NCBI GenBank assembly: GCA_951406725.2
Contig: OX597819.1
Coordinates: 66,960,001-67,024,000 of the forward strand
Origin: Octopus vulgaris
Taxonomy: Eukaryota
Length of the DNA stretch: 64,000 bases
Direction: 5' to 3'
Shown here: one piece after another, positions 1 through 14,060 of the stretch
How positions within the stretch are numbered: position 1 is the stretch's first letter
Layout of the letters: the number at the start of each line of letters is the position of its first letter
The notes under the pieces: model-generated
Told to the model about the DNA's origin: nothing
Database searches by the model: none
What the model saw: the letters and a program-made list of their open reading frames with translations, nothing else
Made by a program: the position numbers and the translations under genes

Positions 1-17
1 ACACACACATATACATA

Positions 18-345
18 GGTGCAGGTTTGGCTGTGTGGTAACAAACTTGGTTCCAAAACACATGGTCCTCAGTTCAGTCCCACTGTGTGGTAACTTGGCA
101 TGTGACTTCTGCTATAGCCTCGGACCAACCAAAGCCTGGTCAGTGGATTTTGTAGACAGAAACTGAAAGAAATCAATAGTATGTATATGTATGTGTATAT
201 GTAAGTTTATGTGTGTCTCTTCGTGTTTCTCCCTCATCACTGCTTCACAGCTAGTGTTCGTTTATTTACATCTCCATAACTTACTGGTTTCACAAGAAGA
301 AACTGATAGAATAAGTACCAGGCTTATCAAAATATAAAAAAGCAC
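18..345 (+). mobile_element. tRNA-derived SINE family A (tRNA-like head, CORE-like segment, internal microsatellite), 3' truncated
   Basis: ggctgtgtggtaa...gttcagtcccactg...ctatagcctcggaccaaccaaagcc...gaaactgaaagaa; homologous to complete copies at 44088, 47289 and 53514. Confidence 0.85.
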
Positions 346-409
346 TACGAAGTGTCTCATATTTTTGTTTGTGTGTATGTGTGTGTGTGTATACACACAT
401 ATATATATG

Positions 410-471
<62 letters not shown>

Positions 472-599
472 ACATAGTTCTTGAACCGGTACTTCAAGTA
501 ACGACTAGGGTAGGGTAACTGACTGCTTATTGTGATCATTCGTCTTTTGGTTTCCTGTAGCTTTGCTCTCTTTTACAACCCCAGTGAACATATATTTCC

Positions 600-974
600 T
601 ATTTCAAAGAAATTCAAACAATAGATATAAGTCCCAAGTTTAAAACATTTTCAACAATTCAACTTCTCTAGTTGACATTTAGATGCCCACCCCCAACAGG
701 GGCCTTAACTCTCACAATTTAGAGCTCCATGACCTTCATTTTTTAGGAGCAAAATATTTTTAACAGGTTCAATAACACTGGAAAAAAACCAGTAGTATGG
801 GATACATGTGTCACGATTACAAATTTTTTAGGGTGTGTAAAGAGGGAAATAACCCTCATCTGCAATTTTGATGAAATCTGAAACATAGATACTCCAGTTC
901 ATTACAGAAAATATAACAGAAAAGTCTAATTCTTCAATTGAATATAACCGTGCAACGCCGGGTATCTCTGCTAG
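600..974 (+). mobile_element. Helitron-like non-autonomous element, 3' end
   Basis: ccgtgcaacgccgggtatctctgCTAG|T at 948-975 (GC-rich subterminal hairpin + CTAG before T), same terminus as the 25940 and 41855 elements; 5' boundary uncertain. Confidence 0.6.
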
Positions 975-1883
975 TATATTATGAAAATGGCCAGTGATTA
1001 TTTTCGATTTGAATACATTTAGATTGATATTCTTGAATATATATAAAAACAATTTATGACCGTTATAAATTTTATTTGCTAAAGTATTTTTATCCATTTG
1101 AATTTTGTTCTTCTTTCGTTGTGCTTATTTTATAGACCTACAGTATTTATACGATTTGTAATATTTTATATTTTTAGACTTAGAGATTTTATTCTTATAA
1201 ACGTTTCTAACCGCCTTGTTTGCATGCAAAGGATGAATTTTCTTTTGCTTTTCTATAATAAGCGACCTATTTATTATTATTTTTATTTTTGATCCCTCAC
1301 TAACTTGCCCAAATCAGTAAAGCCGCCAAATCAGCAAAGCCTATTTTTTATGCAATTTCTGAAAAAAAAAACAGTTTTTGTAATCCTTACATATTGTAAA
1401 CGATAAAAAATATTCCATGTAAATTGGATTCATAAATGTATTTACATATTTATTATTTATTATTTGAATTTTAACGCTCACGCTTCTAAACATAGTTATT
1501 TTGAATTAGTATATATTCGCAATTTGTCTGTCCTTTACATGGAATTTCGTCTGCCTTTTGAACCAAGGACCTGAAGAGATTTTTATACACAGTTATAAGA
1601 TCTTGTAAATCAAAGAATGTATACAAGTCGAAGAAACTGTTGGATTTATAAGTTGCCTTTTAAAAATTTTGTTATGTTGTATTACATATATTTTATTACA
1701 TTTTTTTATATTACATTATACTATATTATAATATAAATAAATTGATAAGTTGTCGATAGTACTTCTGTATTTCATTTAATATTTCTATTTTATACTTGAT
1801 ACCCCCTTGTCTCTGCGGTATTCAATTGCTGCACCAGTGCGTTGCGTATTTTACATCTCTCTGAAGGGTTTTTTCTTTGTTTA

Positions 1884-1885
<2 letters not shown>

Positions 1886-1936
<51 letters not shown>

Positions 1937-1982
1937 ATTATTATTATTATTATTATTATTGTTATTATTATTATTATTATTA
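1886..1982. repeat. (ATT)n microsatellite
   Basis: Direct reading; explains the poly-N/Y/I ORFs. Confidence 0.95.
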
Positions 1983-1986
1983 TATA

Positions 1987-2124
1987 TGTCTCTGCTTCTT
2001 TCTGTGTTCTTTTCTGTTGAAGAGCGTAGACACGAAACGTGAAATACTTTCTCACATCCCGAGCGTAAAACCAATACACCTGTTTGTTGTTTACACACTA
2101 CTCTTTTTTTTTATATATTCCAAC

Positions 2125-2125
<1 letters not shown>
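1987..2125 (+). mobile_element. Solo 3' terminus (pLTR) of Neptune-type Penelope family with degenerate minimal hammerhead motif
   Basis: CTGTTGA-a-gagcgtagacac-GAAA-cgt at 2014-2040; downstream sequence homologous to 32150-32280 and 26490-26645. Confidence 0.7.
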
Positions 2126-2158
<33 letters not shown>

Positions 2159-2214
2159 CGTATCTATCTATATATATATATATCTATACAATATGTTACA
2201 TTACTCGGTAGTCA

Positions 2215-2277
2215 AGATAAAACTCTGAGTTTCAGATGCCGAAGTGGAAATCCACAACACCATCTCTTCGGTTATCT
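2215..2277 (-). ncRNA. Mirror copy of the pLTR hammerhead-like motif
   Basis: Reverse complement of 4199-4261. Confidence 0.65.
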
Positions 2278-2471
2278 GGCTATTTGAAAACGTTATGAAA
2301 AAATACCGTTAAAAATGAAGGGAAATTACTCTGTTATAACTCTGCTTTGCCTGCGTACTTATACATCGCTCGCATTTTTCGTCATAAAAATTATATAAAA
2401 ATACATAAAAATATATAAAAATATATAAAAATATATAAAATCTTCTTGGGACATAACACAGAAAGCATGTT

Positions 2472-3353
2472 CTATCCGTTTTCTTTAGGGGACCAAAAAC
2501 GTAACAGAAATTTAGTCACATGTGGGCATGATCCGAAAAGCTCTGTCCTTGTATTTAGACATGTGGTAGGGTCTAAGCTGCTTTTCCAGATAAGCCATCT
2601 CTCCATGTCGCATAAACCGCACCTTCCGCTGCCGTTAGTATAGGGCTTACATCTGGCCAAAATCTTCCATTGTATGTTATAATCGACACCTTTATCTCTT
2701 AATTACCAAATATGATTGGATAATTGTGTCGCTTTTCTTTTGTTCCAGTGCCTAAAGCTCAAAGTGTGGTTATTGAACCTGGCCTTGAAATTACCCTCTG
2801 TCAGGCCCACGTATTTCTTCGTCGAAATGGTGTCTTTAGTGGTTATAGAGTTTACGGTAGCTTCATATATGATGGTCTTGGACATGCAAGCTCCATTTAG
2901 CGGGCACAATTCTTTATTCCTGCATGAACAGCTGTTTTCTTCTTGTGTTTTTGGTATGTTATGATTGATTATGTTTTTAAAATTGGTAGTTGAACTAAAA
3001 CTAATTTTTAAATTGTGTCTATTGAAGAGTTTCCTATAAGCATGGTTAACTGGAAAATGTCTATCTATCAGTGCTAGGAAATATTTACCTATATTGAAGG
3101 CCACCTCGGGTGAGTAAGGGGGCGTAAACCAGATGACCTTCCTATTTCTATTATTCCTTTTCCTTATTGTTGGGCTGGTGATAGGTGTATATTTTATTTT
3201 TTCGCTAAAACCACTATCTTTTAAAGCTTTATTATAAACTGGGGCAACGCTATTGAAGATGTCCTCATTAGATGAGAGGCTAGAAATCCTCTTACTAATA
3301 TTTTTAACTAAATTTTTGAATACTATAGGGGGATGGCATGAACCTACATTAAT
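2472..3353 (-). pseudogene. Penelope-like RT thumb/linker + GIY-YIG endonuclease C-terminus, interrupted by TAA at 2703-2705
   Basis: INVGSCHPP...RISSLSS...KVIWFTPPYS...NIGKYFL...CSCRNKELCPLNGAC...IIYEA...KKYVGLTEGNFKARFNNH...HIW*LRDK...CGLCDMER...LNTRTELFGSCPH. Confidence 0.9.
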
Positions 3354-4004
3354 GCCCCCTTACTCACCCGAGGTGGCCTTCAATATAGGTAAATATTTCC
3401 TAGCACTGATAGATAGACATTTTCCAGTTAACCATGCTTATAGGAAACTCTTCAATAGACACAATTTAAAAATTAGTTTTAGTTCAACTACCAATTTTAA
3501 AAACATAATCAATCATAACATACCAAAAACACAAGAAGAAAACAGCTGTTCATGCAGGAATAAAGAATTGTGCCCGCTAAATGGAGCTTGCATGTCCAAG
3601 ACCATCATATATGAAGCTACCGTAAACTCTATAACCACTAAAGACACCATTTCGACGAAGAAATACGTGGGCCTGACAGAGGGTAATTTCAAGGCCAGGT
3701 TCAATAACCACACTTTGAGCTTTAGGCACTGGAACAAAGAAAAGCGACACAATTATCCAATCATATTTGGTAATTAAGAGATAAAGGTGTCGATTATAAC
3801 ATACAATGGAAGATTTTGGCCAGATGTAAGCCCTATACTAACGGCAGCGGAAGGTGCGGTTTATGCGACATGGAGAGATGGCTTATCTGGAAAAGCAGCT
3901 TAGACCCTACCACATGTCTAAATACAAGGACAGAGCTTTTCGGATCATGCCCACATGTGACTAAATTTCTGTTACGTTTTTGGTCCCCTAAAGAAAACGG
4001 ATAG
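3354..4004 (+). pseudogene. Inverted duplicate of the GIY-YIG region, with frameshift and the same TAA
   Basis: ORFs 3253..3777 and 3816..4004 mirror 2703..3104 and 2472..2660; 1-bp deletion near 3737. Confidence 0.88.
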
Positions 4005-4198
4005 AACATGCTTTCTGTGTTATGTCCCAAGAAGATTTTATATATTTTTATATATTTTTATATATTTTTATGTATTTTTATATAATTTTTATGACGAAAA
4101 ATGCGAGCGATGTATAAGTACGCAGGCAAAGCAGAGTTATAACAGAGTAATTTCCCTTCATTTTTAACGGTATTTTTTCATAACGTTTTCAAATAGCC

Positions 4199-4261
4199 AG
4201 ATAACCGAAGAGATGGTGTTGTGGATTTCCACTTCGGCATCTGAAACTCAGAGTTTTATCT
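4199..4261 (+). ncRNA. Type I hammerhead-like ribozyme variant (CCGAAGA core) in Penelope pLTR
   Basis: Stem I agataa/ttatct; CCGAAGA 4205-4211; stem II (a)gatg...catc(t) with inner gtgg/ccac hairpin; GAAA 4243-4246; short stem III ctc-a-gag; GUU triplet. Confidence 0.65.
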
Positions 4262-4357
4262 TGACTACCGAGTAATGTAACATATTGTATAGATAAATTT
4301 CCTCTATTTACATAATATTGAGGTCTCTTTCTTTCTTTTGTTATCTTACCGTTTTAT

Positions 4358-4396
<39 letters not shown>

Positions 4397-4916
4397 TTAT
4401 TGTATCATTAAATTATATAATATAATATTGTATTATATTATAGTATAATATACTATATTTATATCATATTGTATTTTGCTATATTAAAAGTCCTAAATGG
4501 TTTCAAACGCGTATATGTACATAACCATAAAGGAGGCAATGTATTTGACAAAGTAGTTACATTGTCAACGAAATATGCTACCATTTTCTGCAACCTATAA
4601 TGACAATTAAGTCATGATGAAATAAAAGGGCAAATATATTGAAATACAATAAATTATTCATTTTTTTACCAGTTCTGAAAGATAAAATTCATCCTTACAA
4701 AAATAACAGGGTGCTGAAATTTCATTTCCTTCTAATTGCTGTTGAATAGTAGTAATAGTAGTCGTACCGGAAGAAAATGTAATATATAAGATAACTTTCA
4801 TTCAATTATTTTCAGTTTACTTTTCTCGCTCAGTAAGTACAAATTGCCTTATATAACAGAAACCGACAGCCTAGTTTTTGTCTCTAATAAAATTTTGAAT
4901 CTATTTATTTGTTTTT

Positions 4917-5013
<97 letters not shown>

Positions 5014-5020
5014 TATATAT

Positions 5021-5188
5021 AAACGATTAATAAAAAAGACAAAAAGCAACAGCGAAAAGACACAGTACATGCAAAGTATTAAGGACACTCTTAGAAAAGG
5101 AAATAAAAAGGGGTTGTTTAAAGCTAAGCTCTTGTTAGGAAGCAGGAAGCAGGGGACATAGGAAAGTCCAAAAGGAAAAGAAGAAAGA

Positions 5189-5190
<2 letters not shown>
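5021..5190 (-). mobile_element. Degenerate Penelope-like 3' terminus between (TA)n tracts
   Basis: Colinear similarity to 28343-28520 (caac.gcga..gac, agtatta.ggac.ctc, gttt..agc..agctctt). Confidence 0.5.
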
Positions 5191-5528
<338 letters not shown>

Positions 5529-5654
5529 TGTGTATTTATGTATGTATATAAGCAAAATAGCTAGTTATAACACCTAAAGAAGAGATCAGAGTAGTAAATA
5601 TAATAACGAGTAAAGTTAGTCGCTACAGCAAATGACTGCTCCATGTTACTACTA

Positions 5655-6341
5655 GTTTATGTGCTAAAATTAATACATTTTCTACAATTAGCAATCGAAA
5701 GTAATGGAAAGAAAGCAGATGTAGTTGTTAATCACAAGATTATAGTAGAATATTAAGTAGGGAAATTACACTAAAATGATAGCAAATATGTGAGATACGT
5801 TATAGCAAATTCATCTGGACATTCCTCCAACTAGCAATATATTGTAATCGCGACTGAAGTTGAGCCAATCAGCTCGGAAATGAGTCAGATACGCGATCCT
5901 TTTGTCTCTTAGAGGATGGTAGGGATTCGCTCCCCTGCTAGCAATATATATTCCATTACGTTTGAGTTCGAATGTTATATAGTTACGCATTCACTTTGGT
6001 CTTCATTCGTGTATGGATAAATTTTCAAGCAGAGATGGACGCAAATGTCATGGTGACAACGGGCAATCACTCACATGCAAACACACACATACGTATGCAT
6101 ATCTATGCACACACCAGCACAACACACGTGAACATATAAAGAAATAGAGACAGATAGACAAAGAGGAACTAGAAAAAAAACATGACTTCTGGATGGATTA
6201 ATTTCAGACCTCATTGCAATGCTTGCCACAGAATGAACGCAGTCACATGTATACAAGAACCTGGCACTGGAGTTGAACAGAGTGACGTATGGTGTCTAAA
6301 AGTTAAGCTTCTTTTCTCACATTTATACCCTCTCACACTCC

Positions 6342-6389
<48 letters not shown>

Positions 6390-6557
6390 ATATATATATG
6401 CACCCCTCCCCCGAGAACTATCTCTGTATTTTCTTTCACATCCACATAGGTTGAGTAGACATACAATAGTGGCATAAGCAGAGAGGTGATGTTGTGTGTT
6501 GAGTTTGTAGACAACTAGATATGAGCCAAGAATATATAAGCTATATGTATATATATG

Positions 6558-6639
<82 letters not shown>

Positions 6640-7590
6640 TGTAGAGAGAGACATTAACGAAATGTTTAAAATGTTCTAATGAGTTAGATTTATATATTCC
6701 ACACATCTCGTCGCTTTGTTCAAAACATATTTAAAAGTATGTCCTGCAGAACTTGCTATCACGTATCTCACATTTTTGCTGTGATTTCACTGCAATTTCC
6801 CTACTTTACATTCTACAGTAATCTTGTGATTAACAAATACATCAGCTTTCTTTCCATTAGTTAGAAATATAACAAGTGATTGCTAATTGCAGTAAATGTA
6901 TCAATGTTGGCACATATTCATATAACTGAAAATGCTTCCTGAATTAACATATTCATAAATTTTATAATTGGAAAATGTAGATTATTATCAACTAAATTGC
7001 GAAATAACTATTATAACTAAGATTAGGTTTGCTAATAAGTTGGTGTGCTAGCAGAATTATCAACACACTGTGCAAAATGCTTAGCAGAATTTTGTCAACA
7101 TTTACGTTCTGAGTTCAAATACCAGGGTCGACTTTAAATTTCTTACTTTAGGGGTCGGTACTTTAAGAATTGATATTATTGAGCACTGTGGATGATGTGA
7201 TTTCCTTCCCCCGGAATTACAGGCGTTATTCAGGATTTTAAAACGAATATTACATTTGCTCGTATTTGGGTTATACTTTTAGACTTTATGATATAACAGG
7301 GCGATACAACCACTTGCGTAATTTCAAGAATAGGGAACGTGTGGAACAGGGGGCAGGAGTTCTGCTATTCTGCAATACGATGCGACTACGTTTGAGTTCG
7401 AATGTTATATAGTTATGCATTTACTTTCGTCTTTATTCATCTGTGGTTAAATTTTGAAGCAGAGATGGACGCATTGGGCAATCACTCACGCATGCAAACA
7501 CACACATATCTAGGCACGCACCGGTACAACACACATGAAAATATAAAGAAATAGAAACAGATAAACAAATAGAAACTAGACAAAAACTAA
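5655..7590. repeat. Old local duplication: 5655-5815 inverted at 6748-6920; 5957-6180 direct at 7387-7590
   Basis: gttaatcacaagatta vs taatcttgtgattaac; tacgtttgagttcgaatgttatatagtta present twice. Confidence 0.8.
7040..7250 (+). mobile_element. SINE family B, degenerate
   Basis: gctagcagaa...aaatgcttagc...tacgttctgagttcaaat...gtcgacttt. Confidence 0.65.
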
Positions 7591-7659
7591 AATATATAGT
7601 GTAAAATATATTATACATACACATATACATTTAGACATACATATAATATATACAAGGAC

Positions 7660-7701
<42 letters not shown>

Positions 7702-9060
7702 GAGCGCACATACGCATACATTTACACACATACGCACACATATTATATGGAAATACATGTGTATTTTAAAACTTACATTAACAATGATGTGTAACTGTTC
7801 ATAACGATTTAATAACACGTATATCTGACTATTATCTCTCTAACGCACAATGTCTATATCTATCTAACTTATATGGGCGCAAGTAACTATATTTTCACAT
7901 GGTCTCACTCCAGTATATCCGTATATTCATGTATGATCTTGTATGTGTGACACTGAATGTTTGAGTAATCTAAAGCATCACGAGGTTATCACAAACACAT
8001 GTAGAGGCTTTTGAACAAATAAATCACGTGCAAAATCTGTACACTTTACAGCTATAAATATATTTAATTGTTATATACTTCAATGGTTATTATGGTATAT
8101 AGCAGGCATTTTAATCACAAAGAAAGTCACCTCTCTGACACTAGAAATTTTTATTACATCGTAGAGAGATATTTATTATATGTTACAGTTTTACGATTTG
8201 GAGATATGATGTGTTTTTTTTACGCGTATAGCTACGTATACAGCAATTTTCATTTTACACACATACATACATGCGTACATATAGATTTATATATATATAT
8301 ACATAAACTTATCTGTGTGTGTAAATATACAAATATATGTCTGTGTATGTATAAATATATATATATATATACATATATTATATATATATATGTGTGTGTG
8401 TGTGTATTTATATTATATATATATACAGTTACACTTATATACACACATATACACACTCGTTCTTGTGTGTGTATACATATAGGTATGCATATTTAAACAC
8501 ATGCATATTATAATAATTATATACAACTCCCACACACTAAAGTCAAACTTTTGCTGTAGACATATAATATTTACTATCTCTAAGTAATACCACATATACA
8601 TACTAATATACGCACTGATGTACGCACATTCATTTATTTAACATCGCATATTTTACACAGGTGCAGCTTTTATGCAGACACATTAGGTACATGCATACAT
8701 GTATGTGTGTATATGTGTGTACGTATATACAAACACATATATACATACATGTATATATATATATATATATACACGTAAATATACACACGTATACACACAC
8801 ACCCCATTTTTCGTGTTTATGTATGTTGAGGGCACCAGCTTCAAGCTCTCTCATTCACCAGATGTCCGTTGTTAGAGGTGGATCAATGGTGTAGCACCAA
8901 TAGTCGGCTGTGCCTAAGCTTGACCACATCCATATATATATATATATCTTTACCAGGTGGTGCTATTAAGTTAGACATAGTCTGGGCCTATACTTGGCGA
9001 AACCTATCAAAGTTATCAAAATTATATATATATATATATATATAAACATAAAACATATCT

Positions 9061-9140
9061 ATGTGGTAAGAAGCTTGATTCCCACATGTTTCTGGATTCA
9101 GTCCCTCTGCGTGGCACCTTGTCTGAGTGTTTTCTTCCAT
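9061..9140 (+). mobile_element. SINE family A head fragment
   Basis: tgtggtaagaagcttg...ttcagtccctctgcgtggcaccttg. Confidence 0.7.
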
Positions 9141-9271
9141 AGAAAATGAGAGGAGCCCCTTGTATATATATATATGTGTGTGTGTGAGTGTATGAATACA
9201 TATACATATATATACACACACATATATATATATATATATATACTTATAACATACATTCATGCATACATACT

Positions 9272-9339
<68 letters not shown>

Positions 9340-10502
9340 TTATGCGTAAACAGAGTGAGAATGAGAGGGAGGTTATAGCATGAGTTTATTCATTCCGAAA
9401 TATCTGAGGCTAAGGCAATTCAAAAACCTGCGAGGAATCCAACACTTAACGCTTACTTTCCATCGTTGAAAGACTCTTAGAATACGTATATATTACCGTA
9501 CGGTGTAACATACTTACCCCTCTAAGTATATTCACATTTATACACGAATACATATATTCACGTACATGCTTTTGTTCGCAAACACGCACGTAGAGTTACA
9601 TAGACATCCACCCACATGCGCCCCGACACTTAAACTCATATATGCTGACAGTATCGAAGAATAAAGGGAAAAGTATATAGGTAATAAGCATATATGTATA
9701 TAGATGCATAGATTGATATATAGATCCATAAAATATTTAATCGTATATTTTCATATACATATTGGGAAAATTAACAATGATTTTTCATGGAAAATTAATC
9801 GAACCGTTTAATGCAAATAATTCTGCCACTCTATGAATTATTTCGCTCGGAAAATTCGATTCATAATTATAAGCAAAATTGCATGTGCGTAACACATTTG
9901 CATACACATACATACTTATATATATATATATATATATGTTTGTTTGTTTGTGTGTGTGTGTGGGCGCGCATGTTCATGTAGATTTATTCATAGGAATACA
10001 ATACGCTGCATAAAATTGTTTCCAGAGAACAATTTCTCAGTACGAATACTATGGATGTAGGCAAATTATTAGTCCATAAATGACATCAACGGACCGTAGA
10101 AAGTAAGGCATTCTGCGTTGTTAGGCCTCATCAGCTACTTATACCGAACCGTCATTTATGGCTACTAAGGTGTGGTTGCTCTTCTATTAGAATAGCAAAT
10201 GACGCATTTGGAGTTGTGGAAAACTTTTCAAGGTAGAATAAATTAATTAGTTGCCTATGAAGCATTGTTGCTATGAATCATAGTTAAGTACATCCATACA
10301 GAAAATGTTCGTCTGTATTTGGACACAGAAATATAATATAAAGCCGGAAAGCGTCTCAGAAGTTTGTTGAATTTTCATGTTCGAATTTTCACGAAGTTTT
10401 ATGTATGATTGTATAAAGCTACATTGTATTCAACGTTGCATACATACATAAATACACACGCACATACATACACACATACACACACATATATACGTATACA
10501 TA

Positions 10503-10984
<482 letters not shown>

Positions 10985-11199
10985 TTTATAAAATACATGT
11001 ATATGTTTGAGTATGCGACTTTCACCGCCACATCTACATTAGCCTTTTGTCTATCTTTTATTAACACTAGCCTTCTTTCTTATACTCTATTACCTTCTCT
11101 TTTTCCATACAAAAGGCGTATGATATTGTCGAATGGTCATCATAGATTATGTGCAGAGTGAGGATTTTTTATATGATACAGTGGCTTTTCTTCAGAATA

Positions 11200-12300
11200 C
11201 GAAACGCATGCGTTGCTGTTAGTGTCTAAGATGTATTATTGAACTGGGTGTTGATTAGATAAAGTTATATAATGTGTTATTGCAGTAGCGGTTTTATTTA
11301 GTATAAGCTATTGACACCGTTCTGTACAATTAGGTGATTATTCCGCAGAGACTGTACTGTAAAGACTTGTGCACGCTGTGTATTTTGGACTGTGTCTAAT
11401 TTAAAAATCCATTTTTTTTTTGTATTGAAATTGACTTTCATACATGCGGAGTATGTTAAATGTTACTGTTTTTGTCCATGCAGTATCTGAGCTTGGGTAT
11501 GTTACTGTTTTCTGTTATTCATCTTTATCTTAGGGTAGTGTTATATCCTACGAGGCGTTTCAGTTGATATCTTTGATGATTTACTTTCATGGCGTCCGTA
11601 TTGCTTATTTCTATTTCAAGATCACAGTCGTTTCAATGTATTTTGATATCCATACGGGTGATATTTTAATCAGAAGAAATCTACGTGTTTCTAAGATTAC
11701 AGAGATTTTTACACCTGTCCTTAATAATTTTATCTCGACACATCTCCTTGATCTCTTTTTAAGTCTAGACAGAAATATGCAAGATTAGTTCATACCCATA
11801 ATTACTATGAACCGTGTTTGCAACATGGCTCCAAATTATATAATACACTGATGTTGAAGAATCTCCACAGTTTCAATGGATATATCTCTCAGAAATCGAT
11901 ATTTTTCTGTGGATATACACTGATTTACAGGTGAAGATCAATCATAAATGTTGCTGTCAATTGTCTCATTGTAGAGATTGCATCTTCTGCATTTAATGCT
12001 TATCCTGTTGTTTATTATATTACTTTTTAATATATGTTTGCTGTATATTAATGTTTTGCTTATAAAATCAGATTTTCCGTGTTTGCGTTCAATCAAAATA
12101 TTTTGATCTATTGCTTCTCGCTTTGACCTAATTCCGAAATGTCTAGTCCTGTCTTGAGGGTTATTTATTAGCCACTGAGTGATTTATCTTTCGATTTCTT
12201 CCTCGGTATAATTTTAATTCCGTTTTTATCTTCTCGTTTATTATTTCCATTTGGTTTTTGAACTCATGTACTTATATAACAGCTATTTCTTAACATAGTT
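11200..12300 (-). mobile_element. Possible heavily decayed L1/Tx1-type APE endonuclease region
   Basis: Only faint motif remnants (GDFN-like near 11855-11870); non-microsatellite composition. Confidence 0.2.
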
Positions 12301-12374
12301 TTCTTCTATACAGTACCAAATCGCAGGTCTATGTATAGAGAAAAAAATCATTGCTTTATAATTGTTTTCTTTGT

Positions 12375-12530
12375 TCAGCAAGCAAAATTATGAGCGTGTC
12401 TTAAATGATGCTTTGCTGCATTTCTTACAAATTGTTACATTCTAAGCTCATAGACCGCAGAGGTCAGGTCTGCCTTCCATCGTTTTGTTAGGCGACAAAA
12501 TACAAGTCACGTATTGTGATCATTCTAGCA
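12375..12530 (+). mobile_element. SINE family B, highly degenerate
   Basis: ttacattctaagctca...gaggtcaggtctgccttccatcg. Confidence 0.45.
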
Positions 12531-12532
12531 TG

Positions 12533-12652
12533 TAGACAGAGAGAGAGAGAGACATAGACGACAGACACATAGACAGAGAGATAAAGATATAGATAGATAT
12601 ATAGATAGATAGAGAAACAGACAGATAGACAGACAGACAGACAGACAGACAT

Positions 12653-12697
<45 letters not shown>

Positions 12698-12870
12698 TAG
12701 ACAGACAGACAGACAGACAAGCAGAGAGAGAGACAGACAGACAGACAGAAATAATGTGTCAGTGCTTTGACTTATATTAACTTCCCTTAGCTTAGTGTCC
12801 TCTCTTCACTCTCCCTTTACACCTCCCCTGCTAACGGCGTTAGCCTGCTTTCTGTCTATACTAAATAGAC

Positions 12871-12957
<87 letters not shown>
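12533..12957. repeat. (GATA)n/(GACA)n tetranucleotide arrays
   Basis: Direct reading. Confidence 0.9.
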
Positions 12958-14026
12958 GCCACTCTACACTATCTCATGTACACTTACTTCTATTATGAGT
13001 GCAGGAGATGTGTGATTGCACAGGAATAAAATCAGGAGGGGTTTATGTCTTATTGATAGAATGAGAACCACTCCCCAAGTACGGTTATGATAGTCTGATA
13101 ATAGAAACATACTTTTGAATAATGTGCAATAGCAATGCCATATATTAATGAGGCTGATAATTAAAGGTATATATTCGAGTTTATCACAACATAATGAACA
13201 TAAAATGAAAAAAATGGATGATTACGTAAATAAATAGTGATAGTTTGTAATAAGAAAAAGAAGCCTTCTGTCCTATTAACGTAAATCTCAGGCTAGAATT
13301 TACAATTCATTGATTTTGAAGTTTCTATTGCATGAAATGCTTTGTTTTTTTTTCCCCCAATTAAATTCCAAGTCAAAGTTCTCCACAGCTATTTATCTAA
13401 TTTCATTTTAGAGAATTTAAATTTATAAAACGGAAATGTTATAAATATCATAGATTCTGAATTCTCTTGTTTCAAACGCAGAAACACGTTCGCATAAACA
13501 CACGCGCCGAAGGAAGCAGGGGCATAAAATGCACGCATATAAACCACAGCGAATATTTTTATATATATACATGTATGCGCGTATGTGTAACTATTGTGGT
13601 GACGCTGTATGTGCATAGTCCCTCATTACTCTCTCTCATACACTCTTCTCTCTCTCTCTCTGTCTATTTATATATATACATATATATATATAATATTAAT
13701 TCGAGACAAAAAAATATTGATAATTTTAGATCGGAAATCCACCTGACGAATGTCATTTGAAGACATGAAACAATTGTAGTGGCGATTTATTTACTTTATA
13801 TTAATTTTTTTTTATGTATTGATTAAGTCTTTCCTTGTTTGATTTGCAAAATAGTGGTTTTGTCTCGAATTAATATTATATTATATAATATTTTACTATA
13901 AAATTGGATTTATTCCTAAATCTGATTTTTTTCCCTGTAATTTTGGATTTATTCCCTAATATTTATTATTATATATATATATATATACTCCCCATATTTT
14001 AAAGAGGTCTCAGGCAAGCAGTGTTT

Positions 14027-14060
14027 GGGGCCTGATGATAGGTCGTAACGTTATAAGGCT
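14027..14060 (+). ncRNA. Degenerate minimal hammerhead-like motif in ~100-bp (TA)n-flanked insert
   Basis: ggggc-CTGATGA-taggtc-GTAA-cgtt-ataaggct (GAAA appears as GTAA). Confidence 0.35.

Larger units (their letters stand above)
2181..4360. mobile_element. Penelope-like element (Naiad-type), 5'-truncated on minus strand, with inverted terminal repeat
   Basis: Arms 2181-3123 and 3354-4295 are reverse complements (one 1-bp indel seen); the spacer continues the minus-strand ORF; 65-bp extension 4296-4360; (TA)n on both sides. Confidence 0.92.

Noticed and set aside
1830-1870. ctgaaggg half-motif
   Set aside because: No GAAA or stem III at the expected spacing
1790-2211. Poly-Asn / poly-Tyr / poly-Ile ORFs
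   Set aside because: (ATT)n microsatellite plus a pLTR fragment
2703-2705. In-frame stop as possible selenocysteine recoding, known in some Naiad elements
   Set aside because: The stop is TAA, not TGA, is not at a Cys position, and the visible Cys motifs are all encoded as Cys
3253-3777. 174-aa ORF as a novel gene
   Set aside because: Chimera: the N-terminus is the antisense spacer read into the inverted arm, and it ends by frameshift
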